Shown: positions 30,566 through 39,264, numbered from the stretch's first letter. The stretch: 46,432 nt of DNA from an uncultured Alphaproteobacteria bacterium (GCA_963922935.1 CAWUKE010000001.1:1-46432), one strand, 5' to 3'. Numbers and translations are program-made. The notes: generated by a model from the letters alone, not told the origin.

Positions 30566-31269
30566 ACGGCAAGCGCGTGCTGGTCACCGGCGCGTCCAAA
30601 GGCATTGGGCGTGGCATCGTGGAAACGCTGCACGGAGCGGGCGCAGCGGTTGTCGGGGTCGCGCGCGGGGCTGCGGATTTGGACGCTATCAAATCCGACT
30701 TAGGCGACCGGTTTGACGGCTGGGCTTATGATGCCGCATCAGATGATTTTCTGGAGGCGATTGAGAGATCAGAGCCGTTTAATATTCTGATCAATAATCT
30801 TGGCACAGCGCGTCACGCAAAGCTGGCGGACACGCCAGATGCCGATTTGGACTTGGTCCTCAACGTCAATCTCCGCGCGACCTTGCGGATTACGCGGGCC
30901 GTGACAGCGCGAATGCGCGCGGGCAGCTCTGTGGTCACTATCACCTCGCAGATGGGCCATATTGGTAGTCCGAAACGCGTTGTTTATTGCGCGACAAAGC
31001 ATGCGCTCGAGGGGATGACGAAGGCGCTGGCCGTAGAGCTTGCCCCGCAGAATATTCGGGTAAACTCTGTCGCGCCCACTTTTGTGCGCACGCCTTTGAC
31101 GGAACCCATGCTAGCCGATCCGGACTTTGCCGCTTGGGTCAACAGCATGATACCCCTCGGTCGTGTGGCAGAGGTTCAGGATCTGGCGGATGCGGTTCTA
31201 TATCTCGCCAGCGCCTCATCAGTGACCGGCCATAGCTTGCGTGTGGATGGCGGTTGGACGGCGCGATAA
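30556..31269 (+). CDS. short-chain dehydrogenase/reductase
   Basis: TGASKGIG, NNLG, SQMG, YCATKHA (YxxxK) and VDGGWTA motifs. Confidence 0.93.
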   Translation: MRLDGKRVLVTGASKGIGRGIVETLHGAGAAVVGVARGAADLDAIKSDLGDRFDGWAYDAASDDFLEAIERSEPFNILINNLGTARHAKLADTPDADLDLVLNVNLRATLRITRAVTARMRAGSSVVTITSQMGHIGSPKRVVYCATKHALEGMTKALAVELAPQNIRVNSVAPTFVRTPLTEPMLADPDFAAWVNSMIPLGRVAEVQDLADAVLYLASASSVTGHSLRVDGGWTAR

Positions 31270-31278
31270 GGCGAAACA

Positions 31279-32358
31279 ATGAGAAGTTACGAAACCTGTC
31301 AGATCAAAGGCGCGCTGCCGATCACGCGCGTCGCGACATCCTCAGAGCCTGTCATGCTAAACCCCACGCCTGGGCGACGGATGGACTTGCCGGGTTTTGA
31401 AGAGCGGTTTGTCGACTTCCCTGACTATATTTTCCGTATCACCGATGACATCTGGCATAAGCGTGATCTGGATTATATCGCCGATTGCTATGCTGAGAAT
31501 TGCCTCATTCATACACAGACTGGCGATATCACTGGCGCGCAGACGGTGATCGATAATACGGCGGCGACCTTAGTCAGTTTTCCCGATCGCCGATTGGATG
31601 CCGATAATGTTGTCTGGTCCAAGGACCCAGATCCGGCGGGAGATATCTTTTATTCGTCTCATCGGATTACGTCGAAAATGACCAATTTGGGTCCATCTGA
31701 ATTTGGTCCTGCGACAGGTCGATCTATTCGCGTGACGACATTTGCGGATTGCGCGACGCGCGACAATGATATTTTCGAAGAATGGCTGGTCCGAGACTAC
31801 GGCGCGATTGTTCGCCAAATGGGCCATGATCCGCTCGAACGTGCTAAGGCTCAAGCGGCAGACGATGTGGCTGCAGGTCATGATATCCACGCGCATCATA
31901 GCGCCGCGCGCGAGGCAATGGATCGCCCGACGGCTTTATTCGAAACGCCGTCTGAAGACGTGATCAAACGCTTGCTGGCTTCCGGGTGGTCGGATGCCAG
32001 CCTCTATGATTACCGCGCCAAAGGCGATTATCCCTATGAGGCGCGCCTTTATGGCCCGGACCAAATTGCGGCGACACGCGCCGACTGGCTCGCCCCTTTT
32101 GAAGATATTCAATTCCGCGCCGACCATATCTGCGAAGTGCCCTATCTGGGCGAGGCGGTCGATATTGCGCTCCGCTGGTCCATGACGGGCCGACATATCC
32201 ACCCGGGGCGTTACGGCGAACCGACAGGGCAGACCATCTATATCCTTGGCATTAGCCAATTCCGCGTTCTCAATGACCTGATCTATGAAGAAGCGACCCT
32301 GTGGGACGATATTGGCGTGATGCGCATGATCGAAGGGATCCGCGCGCGTGGCCGGTAA
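31279..32358 (+). CDS. SnoaL-like/ester cyclase (tandem NTF2-like domains)
   Basis: FGPATGRSI...IFEEWLVRD and RWSMTGRH..GRYGEPTG...EEATLWD motifs. Confidence 0.82.
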   Translation: MRSYETCQIKGALPITRVATSSEPVMLNPTPGRRMDLPGFEERFVDFPDYIFRITDDIWHKRDLDYIADCYAENCLIHTQTGDITGAQTVIDNTAATLVSFPDRRLDADNVVWSKDPDPAGDIFYSSHRITSKMTNLGPSEFGPATGRSIRVTTFADCATRDNDIFEEWLVRDYGAIVRQMGHDPLERAKAQAADDVAAGHDIHAHHSAAREAMDRPTALFETPSEDVIKRLLASGWSDASLYDYRAKGDYPYEARLYGPDQIAATRADWLAPFEDIQFRADHICEVPYLGEAVDIALRWSMTGRHIHPGRYGEPTGQTIYILGISQFRVLNDLIYEEATLWDDIGVMRMIEGIRARGR

Positions 32359-33247
32359 ACCCATCACACGCTTCATCGATGCGCACCATCATTTGTGGGA
32401 CCTGACCGAGTGCCGTCATACATGGCTGCTCCAGCCCGGTCGGCGTTTCTTCGGCGACCCAGCGCCGATTGCAAAAAACTATCACGTCCCAGACTTTCGC
32501 GCCGATGTGGGCGAACTGCCTCTGGTGGGTTCGGTTCATATCCAAGTCGGCGTTGAGGAAGATCATTCAGTGGGTGAAACAGCTTGGCTGGCCGGGCAGG
32601 CGGAAACCTATGGCCTGCCAAGTGCGATTGTCGCCTTTTGCGACCTGACGAAAGAGACTGCACAAGCGGAATTAGATCGTCATCAAGCTTATACCCCGTT
32701 GCGCGGTGTGCGTCAGATTGTGGGGCGAGATGCGATTGAAGATGCGCGAAACGGGACAAATGCGCTATTAAACGATCCCCGCTTTGAAGCGGGCTTGCGG
32801 AGCCTGATCGCGAGGGACCTATCGTTCGATTTGCAGTTGACGCCGCCTTTGCTGAGCGCCTCAGCTGATCTGTTTGCCAAGGTAGAGGCCCTTCCTGTCG
32901 CGCTTTGCCATGCAGGAAGCCTGCAGGATTTCTCAGAGGAAGGCGTTTCGGATTGGGCGGCAGGCCTATCCCGTTTTGCCGAACTGCCCAATGCGATTTG
33001 TAAGCTCTCTGGCTTTGGCATGTTCAACCAGGATTGGTCGGCCGACAGCATCCGCGACTATGTCCTGCGCGTGATCGATATTTTCGGCCCGAACCGCATC
33101 GCGATTGGATCCAACTTCCCCGTCGATAAGCTTACCGCCAGCTATGCGGACACGATTGGCGCTTATATTGAGATCACAGAAGCGTTCTCTGATAAGGAAC
33201 GGGACGCCATGTTTTACGGAACGGCGAAGCAGTTTTATCGCCTTTAG
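32348..33247 (+). CDS. amidohydrolase_2 family protein (sugar-lactonase-like)
   Basis: IDAHHHLWDL, RGVRQ, SFDLQ, CKLSG, FGPNR...GSNFPVD and GTAKQFYRL motifs. Confidence 0.9.
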   Translation: MAGKPITRFIDAHHHLWDLTECRHTWLLQPGRRFFGDPAPIAKNYHVPDFRADVGELPLVGSVHIQVGVEEDHSVGETAWLAGQAETYGLPSAIVAFCDLTKETAQAELDRHQAYTPLRGVRQIVGRDAIEDARNGTNALLNDPRFEAGLRSLIARDLSFDLQLTPPLLSASADLFAKVEALPVALCHAGSLQDFSEEGVSDWAAGLSRFAELPNAICKLSGFGMFNQDWSADSIRDYVLRVIDIFGPNRIAIGSNFPVDKLTASYADTIGAYIEITEAFSDKERDAMFYGTAKQFYRL

Positions 33248-33289
33248 GCCTGTTTCTTTCAAACGGTCGCTTTTCAGATGAAATGAAAG

Positions 33290-33305
33290 TGTTTCACGTG
33301 AAACA
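33290..33305. promoter_or_regulatory. parS: parS centromere-like site
   Basis: TGTTTCACGTGAAACA is an exact match to the canonical parS consensus. The palindrome extends to 22 bp (33287-33308) and is intergenic. Confidence 0.85.
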
Positions 33306-33342
33306 CTTGGTTCTCCGGTCACAGACTTGCGGTGTCAGTTCA

Positions 33343-33447
33343 TCGAAATACCGTTCCCGAAACGCCCCTTCGGGACGTTCGCCTCGCGGCGGGATTTCGT
33401 ACGGTCGGCTTCACCGACCTTAGACCCCTATGCGGGGAACGAAATCC
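33343..33447 (-). ncRNA. unidentified highly structured element (candidate ncRNA or REP/MITE-like repeat)
   Basis: A three-way junction and three abutting hairpins; G-U pairs and a GCGA tetraloop occur on the minus strand only. Confidence 0.45.
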
Positions 33448-33465
33448 AGGAAAAGACATGAGGTG

Positions 33466-33630
33466 TGACGGCCCCGCAAGAAACCCGTGGCAGCTTAAAA
33501 ATCCTCGTGAACCTCAATTTGAGGTGGGTGCCGGAATTAACTGGACCACGATCCAGACAGAGCCAGCTCCCTAAGGATACAGTAAGGTCCGGTGGATTAG
33601 TGCCGCTCACAAAGTCCGCAGGAACCGTCG
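33466..33630 (-). ncRNA. ssrS: 6S RNA
   Basis: Immediately downstream of zapA. The 5' GACGGUUCCUGCGGA...GCGGC pairs with the 3' GCUGC...UCUUGCGGGGCCGUC to give a long rod with a central bubble. Internal AUCCUUAGGGAGCUG and GGCACCCACCU segments are typical of alphaproteobacterial 6S RNA. Confidence 0.88.
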
Positions 33631-33692
33631 ATTGTCATGTGGCGTCTTATGACATGTCCCGCAAGGGCTAAGATAGCGTGTGATGACAGCGA

Positions 33693-34058
33693 TTATTCTG
33701 TTTCAGCGAGACGACTGGCCAGCCGTTCAATGCGCTCAGCGGCCTCTATGAGATTTTTCGCGGCCTGGGCTTCAGTTGCCTTTCGGTCATTTTCAGCTTG
33801 AGCATTATCGGCGGCTAGACTCCCAATGCGTCTTTCGACCTCGGCATCCACATTGCCGGAGATCTCATCCATTTCATCAATCAGGGTGATCCCGGCCATG
33901 ACCATCAGGCGCAGATCCCCGACTTGTCCAAATTGATCCGCCATCTGAGAGACCCGGGCGTCCAGTTCTTGGCCAAGGCGCATGAGGCGCGCTTCATCCC
34001 CATCGTCACAGCCCAGCGGGTAGGCGCGTCCATTAATATTGAGGTTGACCTTGCCCAT
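33693..34058 (-). CDS. zapA: cell division protein ZapA
   Basis: V.LNINGRAYPLGCDDGDEARL and GQVGDLRLMVMAGITLIDE motifs. Confidence 0.93.
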   Translation of the reverse strand: MGKVNLNINGRAYPLGCDDGDEARLMRLGQELDARVSQMADQFGQVGDLRLMVMAGITLIDEMDEISGNVDAEVERRIGSLAADNAQAENDRKATEAQAAKNLIEAAERIERLASRLAETE

Positions 34059-34381
34059 TACCGACCCTCATCCAAAGCGTCGCGAAGCGTTGTGATCGTT
34101 TGATCCAGTTCTGATCGGGTTTCACGCGACAGGGCTGCAAACTCTTCTTCGCGCGCGCCAAGCCGACTTTCCGCCGCTTGCGCGCGCGCCGTGGCTTCGT
34201 CCAGCTCCCGGGCGAGACGAGCGCGGTCCTCATCAAAGCCTTCTGTTTCAGAAACACGTGATTCGGCACGCCGCAGGCGTGTCAAAACGGGATCGAGAGC
34301 GCTATCCAGATGCGTCAAAGCCTGGGCCAGTTTTTCGCTGGCTTCAGAAAGCGAAACTGAATTTTGGGACGTGTCGTTCAT
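34058..34381 (-). CDS. DUF4164 coiled-coil protein (ZauP-like)
   Basis: Coiled coil with DRARLARELD; TAATG-coupled to zapA. Confidence 0.8.
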   Translation of the reverse strand: MNDTSQNSVSLSEASEKLAQALTHLDSALDPVLTRLRRAESRVSETEGFDEDRARLARELDEATARAQAAESRLGAREEEFAALSRETRSELDQTITTLRDALDEGR

Positions 34382-34408
34382 GTCAGCGCTGTCAATGCCC
34401 TCATTACG

Positions 34409-34424
34409 GTTAAAGACCCGTTAG
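34409..34424 (-). promoter_or_regulatory. possible CtrA box upstream of DUF4164-zapA
   Basis: Minus strand CTAA-N7-TTAAC, one mismatch to TTAA-N7-TTAAC. Confidence 0.4.
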
Positions 34425-34579
34425 TAACGTTGAGATGGCGCAAGAATTGCCTTTCGCCAAGTAATAAATGAGGTCGCGAGGTTGCCCTTTAAAGGTGACG
34501 GCGTTAGGGCCGCTCTGCTTTTAGGTCCCGTCAGTTCGCCACCTTGCGCGAACGTAAAGAAAAGAATTTTCAAACCATT

Positions 34580-35590
34580 ATGCCACTCCGCATCGCGATA
34601 AATGGCTTCGGACGTATTGGGCGTCTCGTGGCTCGGGCCTTATTCGAATATGATATTACGGATGTCGAATTAGCGCTGATCAACTCCCCAGGGGAGATTG
34701 AGACCTCGGCTCACCTACTGCGTTACGATTCCGTGCATGGTCGTTTCGCCGCGACTGTGGAGACCGGCGAAGACTGGATCGATTTTGGCCGAGGCCGCGT
34801 GCGGATGACGCGCGAACGCGATCCGGCGAAAGTGCCGTGGGGCGATGTTGATCTGGTGATGGAATGTACGGGCCTGTTCCGCACGCGGGAGCGATGCCAG
34901 CCGCATTTTGATGGCGGCGCGAAAGCCGTTCTGATTTCAGCGCCCGGAGACGGTGTGGATCAGACCGTTGTTTACGGCGTGAACCATGATCAACTCGGCG
35001 CGGATGACCGGCTGGTCTCCTGCGCGTCCTGTACAACCAACTGCTTGGCCCCGATCGCTAAAGTCCTCATGGACGCGGTTGGCATTCGCCGCGGCTTTAT
35101 GACGACGGTCCATAGCTACACCCAAGATCAGCGGATTTTGGATAATTCGCATAAAGACCTCTACCGCGCGCGGGCCGCGGGGCTGAATATGATCCCGACC
35201 AGCACGGGCGCGGCGAAAGCCGTTGGGAAGGTGATCCCCGAATTAGAAGGCCGCCTCGCTGGCGCTGCTGTGCGTGTGCCGACCGCCAATGTCTCTATGA
35301 TCGACCTCGCCTTTCAGCCGGAAATGAAAACGACGGCGGAGGACTTAAACGCCGCTGTCGAGCGGTCTGTCAAAGGCCCGATGAAGGGGATTATCTGCTA
35401 TTCCCGCAACGCGCTCGTCAGCTCAGACCTGAACCACGATCCTCACAGTGCGACCTATGCGTCGCTGCTCACCAAGGTCTTGGATGGCGATCTCGTCAAA
35501 GTCATCGCCTGGTATGATAATGAGTGGGGCTTTGCGAACCGTATGATCGATGTGGCCCGCGTGATGGGTCAGCGTTTGGAGCTGGTGTAA
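34580..35590 (+). CDS. gap: type I glyceraldehyde-3-phosphate dehydrogenase (NADP-type signature)
   Basis: INGFGRIGR, ASCTTNCLAP, IPTSTGAAKA and WYDNEWGF motifs; ATG 34580. Confidence 0.95.
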   Translation: MPLRIAINGFGRIGRLVARALFEYDITDVELALINSPGEIETSAHLLRYDSVHGRFAATVETGEDWIDFGRGRVRMTRERDPAKVPWGDVDLVMECTGLFRTRERCQPHFDGGAKAVLISAPGDGVDQTVVYGVNHDQLGADDRLVSCASCTTNCLAPIAKVLMDAVGIRRGFMTTVHSYTQDQRILDNSHKDLYRARAAGLNMIPTSTGAAKAVGKVIPELEGRLAGAAVRVPTANVSMIDLAFQPEMKTTAEDLNAAVERSVKGPMKGIICYSRNALVSSDLNHDPHSATYASLLTKVLDGDLVKVIAWYDNEWGFANRMIDVARVMGQRLELV

Positions 35591-35593
35591 GTC

Positions 35594-36778
35594 ATGGATA
35601 TTCGTCGTCTCGAAGAGGCTGACCTGAACGGTAAGATCGCCATCGTGCGCGTCGACTTTAACCTGCCACGGGATGAGAGCGGAGCTGTCACAGACAAGAC
35701 GCGCTTGCTGTCCGCTGTGCCGACGATCCAGGCCTTGCGCGACGGCGGAGCGGCGGTCGTTCTGCTCAGCCATTTTGGCCGCCCCAAAAATGGACCGGAT
35801 CAGGAAAATTCGCTCGGTTTCGTTCCGCCTCTCTTGGCCGAAGCCTTGGAAGCCCCCGTGCGGTTTTTGACGACACCAAACATCAATGTCCGCGACACGC
35901 TGGAGCCGGGCGATGTGCTGCTGATGGAAAATACGCGGTTCCTCGACGGGGAGACGTCAAACGATCCAGAATTGGCAAAGGACTTCGCTGCCTATGGCGA
36001 TCTGTTTGTTATGGACGCCTTCTCAGCCGCGCACCGCGCCCATGCGAGTTCCGCCGGCATTGCTGATCACCTGCCGACTTACGCCGGCCTTGCCCTGGCG
36101 CGGGAGCTTGATCATTTGGCCCAAGCGCTCGATCATCCAAAAAAACCCGTCATGGCGATTGTCGGCGGAGCGAAAGTCTCGACCAAGATCGACCTGCTGG
36201 AAAACTTGGTCACAAAGCTCGACCGCCTCGCCATTGGCGGGGGCATGGCCAATACATTCTTGCTCGCGAAAGGGCTTGATGTGGGCAAAAGCCTCGCAGA
36301 GCCGGATTTGATCGGCAAGGCGACTGATATTTTGAACGCCGCTAAGAAAGACAACTGCGAGATTATCCTGCCAGTTGATGTCGTGACCGCAACCGAATTC
36401 AAAGCCGGCGCAGAGACCCAAGTTCGTTCCCGTGACGCGGTCAAACCGGATGAGATGATCCTCGACGTTGGGCCGGAGACCGTGAACGAAATCGTCGATG
36501 CAATGGATAAGTCCGAGACGCTGATCTGGAATGGCCCGCTCGGCGCCTTTGAAACCCCGCCCTTTGACACGAGCACGATCGAGGCCGCGAAATATGCGGC
36601 GAAGCTATCGCGTGCGGACAAGATAATCGCTGTCGCAGGTGGTGGAGATACGGTGGCGGCGCTTAACGCGGCCAAGGCCGTTGAGGATTTCACCTTCGTC
36701 TCGACCGCAGGCGGGGCCTTCCTCGAATGGATGGAGGGCAAAGTCCTACCCGGTGTGGCGATTGTCACGAAAACGTAA
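35594..36778 (+). CDS. pgk: phosphoglycerate kinase
   Basis: VRVDFN, SHFGRPK, HRAHAS, GGAKVSTKI, WNGPLG.FE, GGGDT and STAGGAFLE motifs. Confidence 0.98.
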   Translation: MDIRRLEEADLNGKIAIVRVDFNLPRDESGAVTDKTRLLSAVPTIQALRDGGAAVVLLSHFGRPKNGPDQENSLGFVPPLLAEALEAPVRFLTTPNINVRDTLEPGDVLLMENTRFLDGETSNDPELAKDFAAYGDLFVMDAFSAAHRAHASSAGIADHLPTYAGLALARELDHLAQALDHPKKPVMAIVGGAKVSTKIDLLENLVTKLDRLAIGGGMANTFLLAKGLDVGKSLAEPDLIGKATDILNAAKKDNCEIILPVDVVTATEFKAGAETQVRSRDAVKPDEMILDVGPETVNEIVDAMDKSETLIWNGPLGAFETPPFDTSTIEAAKYAAKLSRADKIIAVAGGGDTVAALNAAKAVEDFTFVSTAGGAFLEWMEGKVLPGVAIVTKT

Positions 36779-36808
36779 GTTGAGAACGGATTAGAAGCGG
36801 AGCGTATC

Positions 36809-37855
36809 ATGGATTTACAAGCTTTGAACCAAGTCGCCGAAGCGATGGTGAAGCCGGGCAAAGGTCTGCTGGCCGCCGATGAAAGCACGGGAACGATCAA
36901 GAAGCGTTTCGATTCAATTGATACGGTTTCGACTGAGGACAGCCGTCGCGATTGGCGTGAAATGTTGTTCCGGACCCGCCCGGCTATGGATGATCACATT
37001 TCCGGCGTGATTTTATTTGATGAAACGCTTCGCCAGAACGCGGCAGACGGCACGCGCTTGGCGGATCTAATCACGGCCACGGGTGCGATCCCGGGCATCA
37101 AAGTGGATAAAGGCCTCACGCCATTGGCCGGTCGTCCGGGCGAGACTATTACGCAAGGCTTGGATGGGCTCCGCGAACGTCTGGCCGAATATTACGCGCT
37201 GGGCGCGCGTTTCGCCAAATGGCGCGCGGTCATTGAGATTTCTCATCCCGATATCAATGTGGGTCGGACGCCGACGGAAGGCGGGATTAAGGCGAACGCC
37301 CATGCGCTGGGCCGCTATGCGGCGCTTTGCCAAGAAGCCAATATTGTCCCGATCGTTGAACCTGAGGTCCTGATGGGCGGTCACCATTCCGTGGCCCGCT
37401 GCCATGAGGTCACAGAGCGTGTGCTGAACTCGCTGTTTACCGAACTTTACGAACAAGGCGTGGCCCTGGAAGGCACCATCTTAAAGCCGAACATGGTGGT
37501 GGCGGGCAAGAAATGCCCAGAGCAGCCTACACGTGAAGAGATCGCGGAACGCACGATCAAAGTCTTGAAAGATACGGTCCCGGCGGCCGTGCCAGGCATC
37601 GCTTTCCTGTCCGGCGGGCAGGACAATGAAGAGGCGACGCGCAACCTAGATATGATGAACAAGGTCGGCGGCTTCCCGTGGAAGCTGACCTATAGCTTTG
37701 GCCGTGCGCTGCAGCAGAGCGCTTTGTTCGCGTGGAAAGGCGAAGCGGCGAATTATGATACTGCACAAGCGGCCTTTAGTCATCGCGCGCGGATGAACAG
37801 CCTCGCGAGCCTTGGCGAGTGGACCGAAGCGGAAGACGCGAAAGTCGCCGCATAA
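36809..37855 (+). CDS. class I fructose-bisphosphate aldolase
   Basis: GKGLLAADES, GIKVDKG, FAKWRAV, VPIVEPEV, LKPNMV, FLSGGQ and YSFGRALQ motifs. Confidence 0.96.
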   Translation: MDLQALNQVAEAMVKPGKGLLAADESTGTIKKRFDSIDTVSTEDSRRDWREMLFRTRPAMDDHISGVILFDETLRQNAADGTRLADLITATGAIPGIKVDKGLTPLAGRPGETITQGLDGLRERLAEYYALGARFAKWRAVIEISHPDINVGRTPTEGGIKANAHALGRYAALCQEANIVPIVEPEVLMGGHHSVARCHEVTERVLNSLFTELYEQGVALEGTILKPNMVVAGKKCPEQPTREEIAERTIKVLKDTVPAAVPGIAFLSGGQDNEEATRNLDMMNKVGGFPWKLTYSFGRALQQSALFAWKGEAANYDTAQAAFSHRARMNSLASLGEWTEAEDAKVAA

Positions 37856-38307
37856 GCTCGCTCATTATTGATATCGCCAGACTGGCGGAGGGTTGGCCGG
37901 AAGTGGATGATCTTATCATTCGCGCCGCGGAACTTGCACGCACTGAGGCAGGGTTAGAGCGAACGGGCGAGCTCTCTATTGCTCTCTCTGATGATAATCA
38001 GGTGCAGGCCTTAAACCGCGATTTTCGTGGCAAAGATAAACCGACTAATGTGCTGTCTTTCCCGATGCCAGAGGAAACGGGCTTGCTTGGCGATGTCGTA
38101 CTAGCGCGCCAAACATTGGAACGAGAAGCGGCAGAACAAAGTAAAGACTTTGAGGATCACCTTGCCCATCTGGTCGTGCATGGTGTGCTGCATCTGTATG
38201 GTTTTGATCATCAAAATGACGCGGACGCCGCCGATATGGAAGCGCGAGAGGTGCGCGCGCTCGCGCAGCTGGGAATTGACAATCCCTACACCTCAGATAG
38301 AGGCTAG
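37852..38307 (+). CDS. ybeY: rRNA maturation RNase YbeY
   Basis: LNRDFRGKDKPTNVLSFP, LGDVVLA and HLVVHGVLHLYGFDH motifs. Start uncertain: ATA 37852 or GTG 37819. Confidence 0.9.
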   Translation: MSSLIIDIARLAEGWPEVDDLIIRAAELARTEAGLERTGELSIALSDDNQVQALNRDFRGKDKPTNVLSFPMPEETGLLGDVVLARQTLEREAAEQSKDFEDHLAHLVVHGVLHLYGFDHQNDADAADMEAREVRALAQLGIDNPYTSDRG

Positions 38308-38313
38308 CGCGTT

Positions 38314-39264
38314 ATGACCGATGACCCTTCGTCTATGAACGGCGAGCCGTCTTTATTTAAAAAGATGTTTCGCCGGAAAGACGCGACCGAAGACCTGCCC
38401 AAAACCCGGACGGAAAAAGCCGCGGCGCAAGAGCGGATGCTGGATGCGGCTGAGCGTTTCCATTTGCTCCGCGTCGAAGATGTGATGGTGCCGCGCGCGG
38501 ATATTGTCTCTGTTGAGAAAACGGCGAGCTTGAAAGACCTTTCCAAGGCCTTTCGGGATGCGGGCCATTCGCGCTTGCCGGTCTATGAAGAGACACTCGA
38601 TAATCCCGTCGGTATGGTGCACGTAAAGGATTTGCTGCCTTACCTCATGTTTGACGCGCGCGGTCGCACGGCCAAGACCTACCCAGGCCGCAAAGTTATT
38701 CGCACGATCAAACGCCCCGTCCTGTTCGTTCCGCCCTCTATGTTGGCGCAGGACTTATTGCGGCGGATGCAGGCCCGGCGGGTTCATATGGCGATTGTCG
38801 TTGATGAATATGGCGGGACAGACGGGCTGGTGACAATCGAAGACCTTATCGAGCCGATTGTCGGTGATATTGAAGACGAACATGACGAAGCGGATGCGGC
38901 GCTAAAGTCCGTGGCCTTAGATGGGGGACGCAAGGGCTGGGAAGCTGATGCGCGCGTGACGATTGAGGACTTTGAAGCGGCATTTGGTCGGGATGTCGCG
39001 ACGCGAGACGAAGACGAAGAGGTCGATACACTGGGCGGGCTTGTCTTCACACTCGCCGGACGCGTCCCTGAGCGCGGTGAAATTATCGTTCATCCCGTCG
39101 GCCTTGAAATGGAAGTGCTTGATGCCGACCCACGTCGGGTCAAACGGTTGCGCATTACGGAGCGGGCCACCAAGCGCGCCACGCTCAGCGCCGATGAAGC
39201 GGCCTTAGGTCCAGCGGCGTCAGTGGACTCTGGGGCGTCTTCCAGCCCGCCTGCGGGTGACTAA
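38314..39264 (+). CDS. corC: CBS-pair/CorC_HlyC protein (CorC/YbeX-like)
   Basis: VMVPRADI, GHSRLPVY, MAIVVDEYGGTDGLVTIEDL.E.IVGDIEDEHD and TLGGLV motifs. Confidence 0.9.
   Translation: MTDDPSSMNGEPSLFKKMFRRKDATEDLPKTRTEKAAAQERMLDAAERFHLLRVEDVMVPRADIVSVEKTASLKDLSKAFRDAGHSRLPVYEETLDNPVGMVHVKDLLPYLMFDARGRTAKTYPGRKVIRTIKRPVLFVPPSMLAQDLLRRMQARRVHMAIVVDEYGGTDGLVTIEDLIEPIVGDIEDEHDEADAALKSVALDGGRKGWEADARVTIEDFEAAFGRDVATRDEDEEVDTLGGLVFTLAGRVPERGEIIVHPVGLEMEVLDADPRRVKRLRITERATKRATLSADEAALGPAASVDSGASSSPPAGD

Noticed and set aside
33392-33447. Hammerhead ribozyme or tRNA reading of the three-way junction
   Set aside because: No CUGANGA core on either strand; no T-loop, D-loop or acceptor-stem pattern
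33332-33671. Short ORFs (60-80 aa) in the 6S region
   Set aside because: They overlap 6S RNA and the structured element, have no RBS and no protein-like features
34580-35590. Erythrose-4-phosphate dehydrogenase (epd) call based on position before pgk
   Set aside because: It retains the GAPDH-type HSYT and IPTSTGAAKA residues rather than the Epd substitutions
36133-36900. 255-aa minus-strand ORF
   Set aside because: Antisense to pgk; Ser/Thr-rich shadow translation
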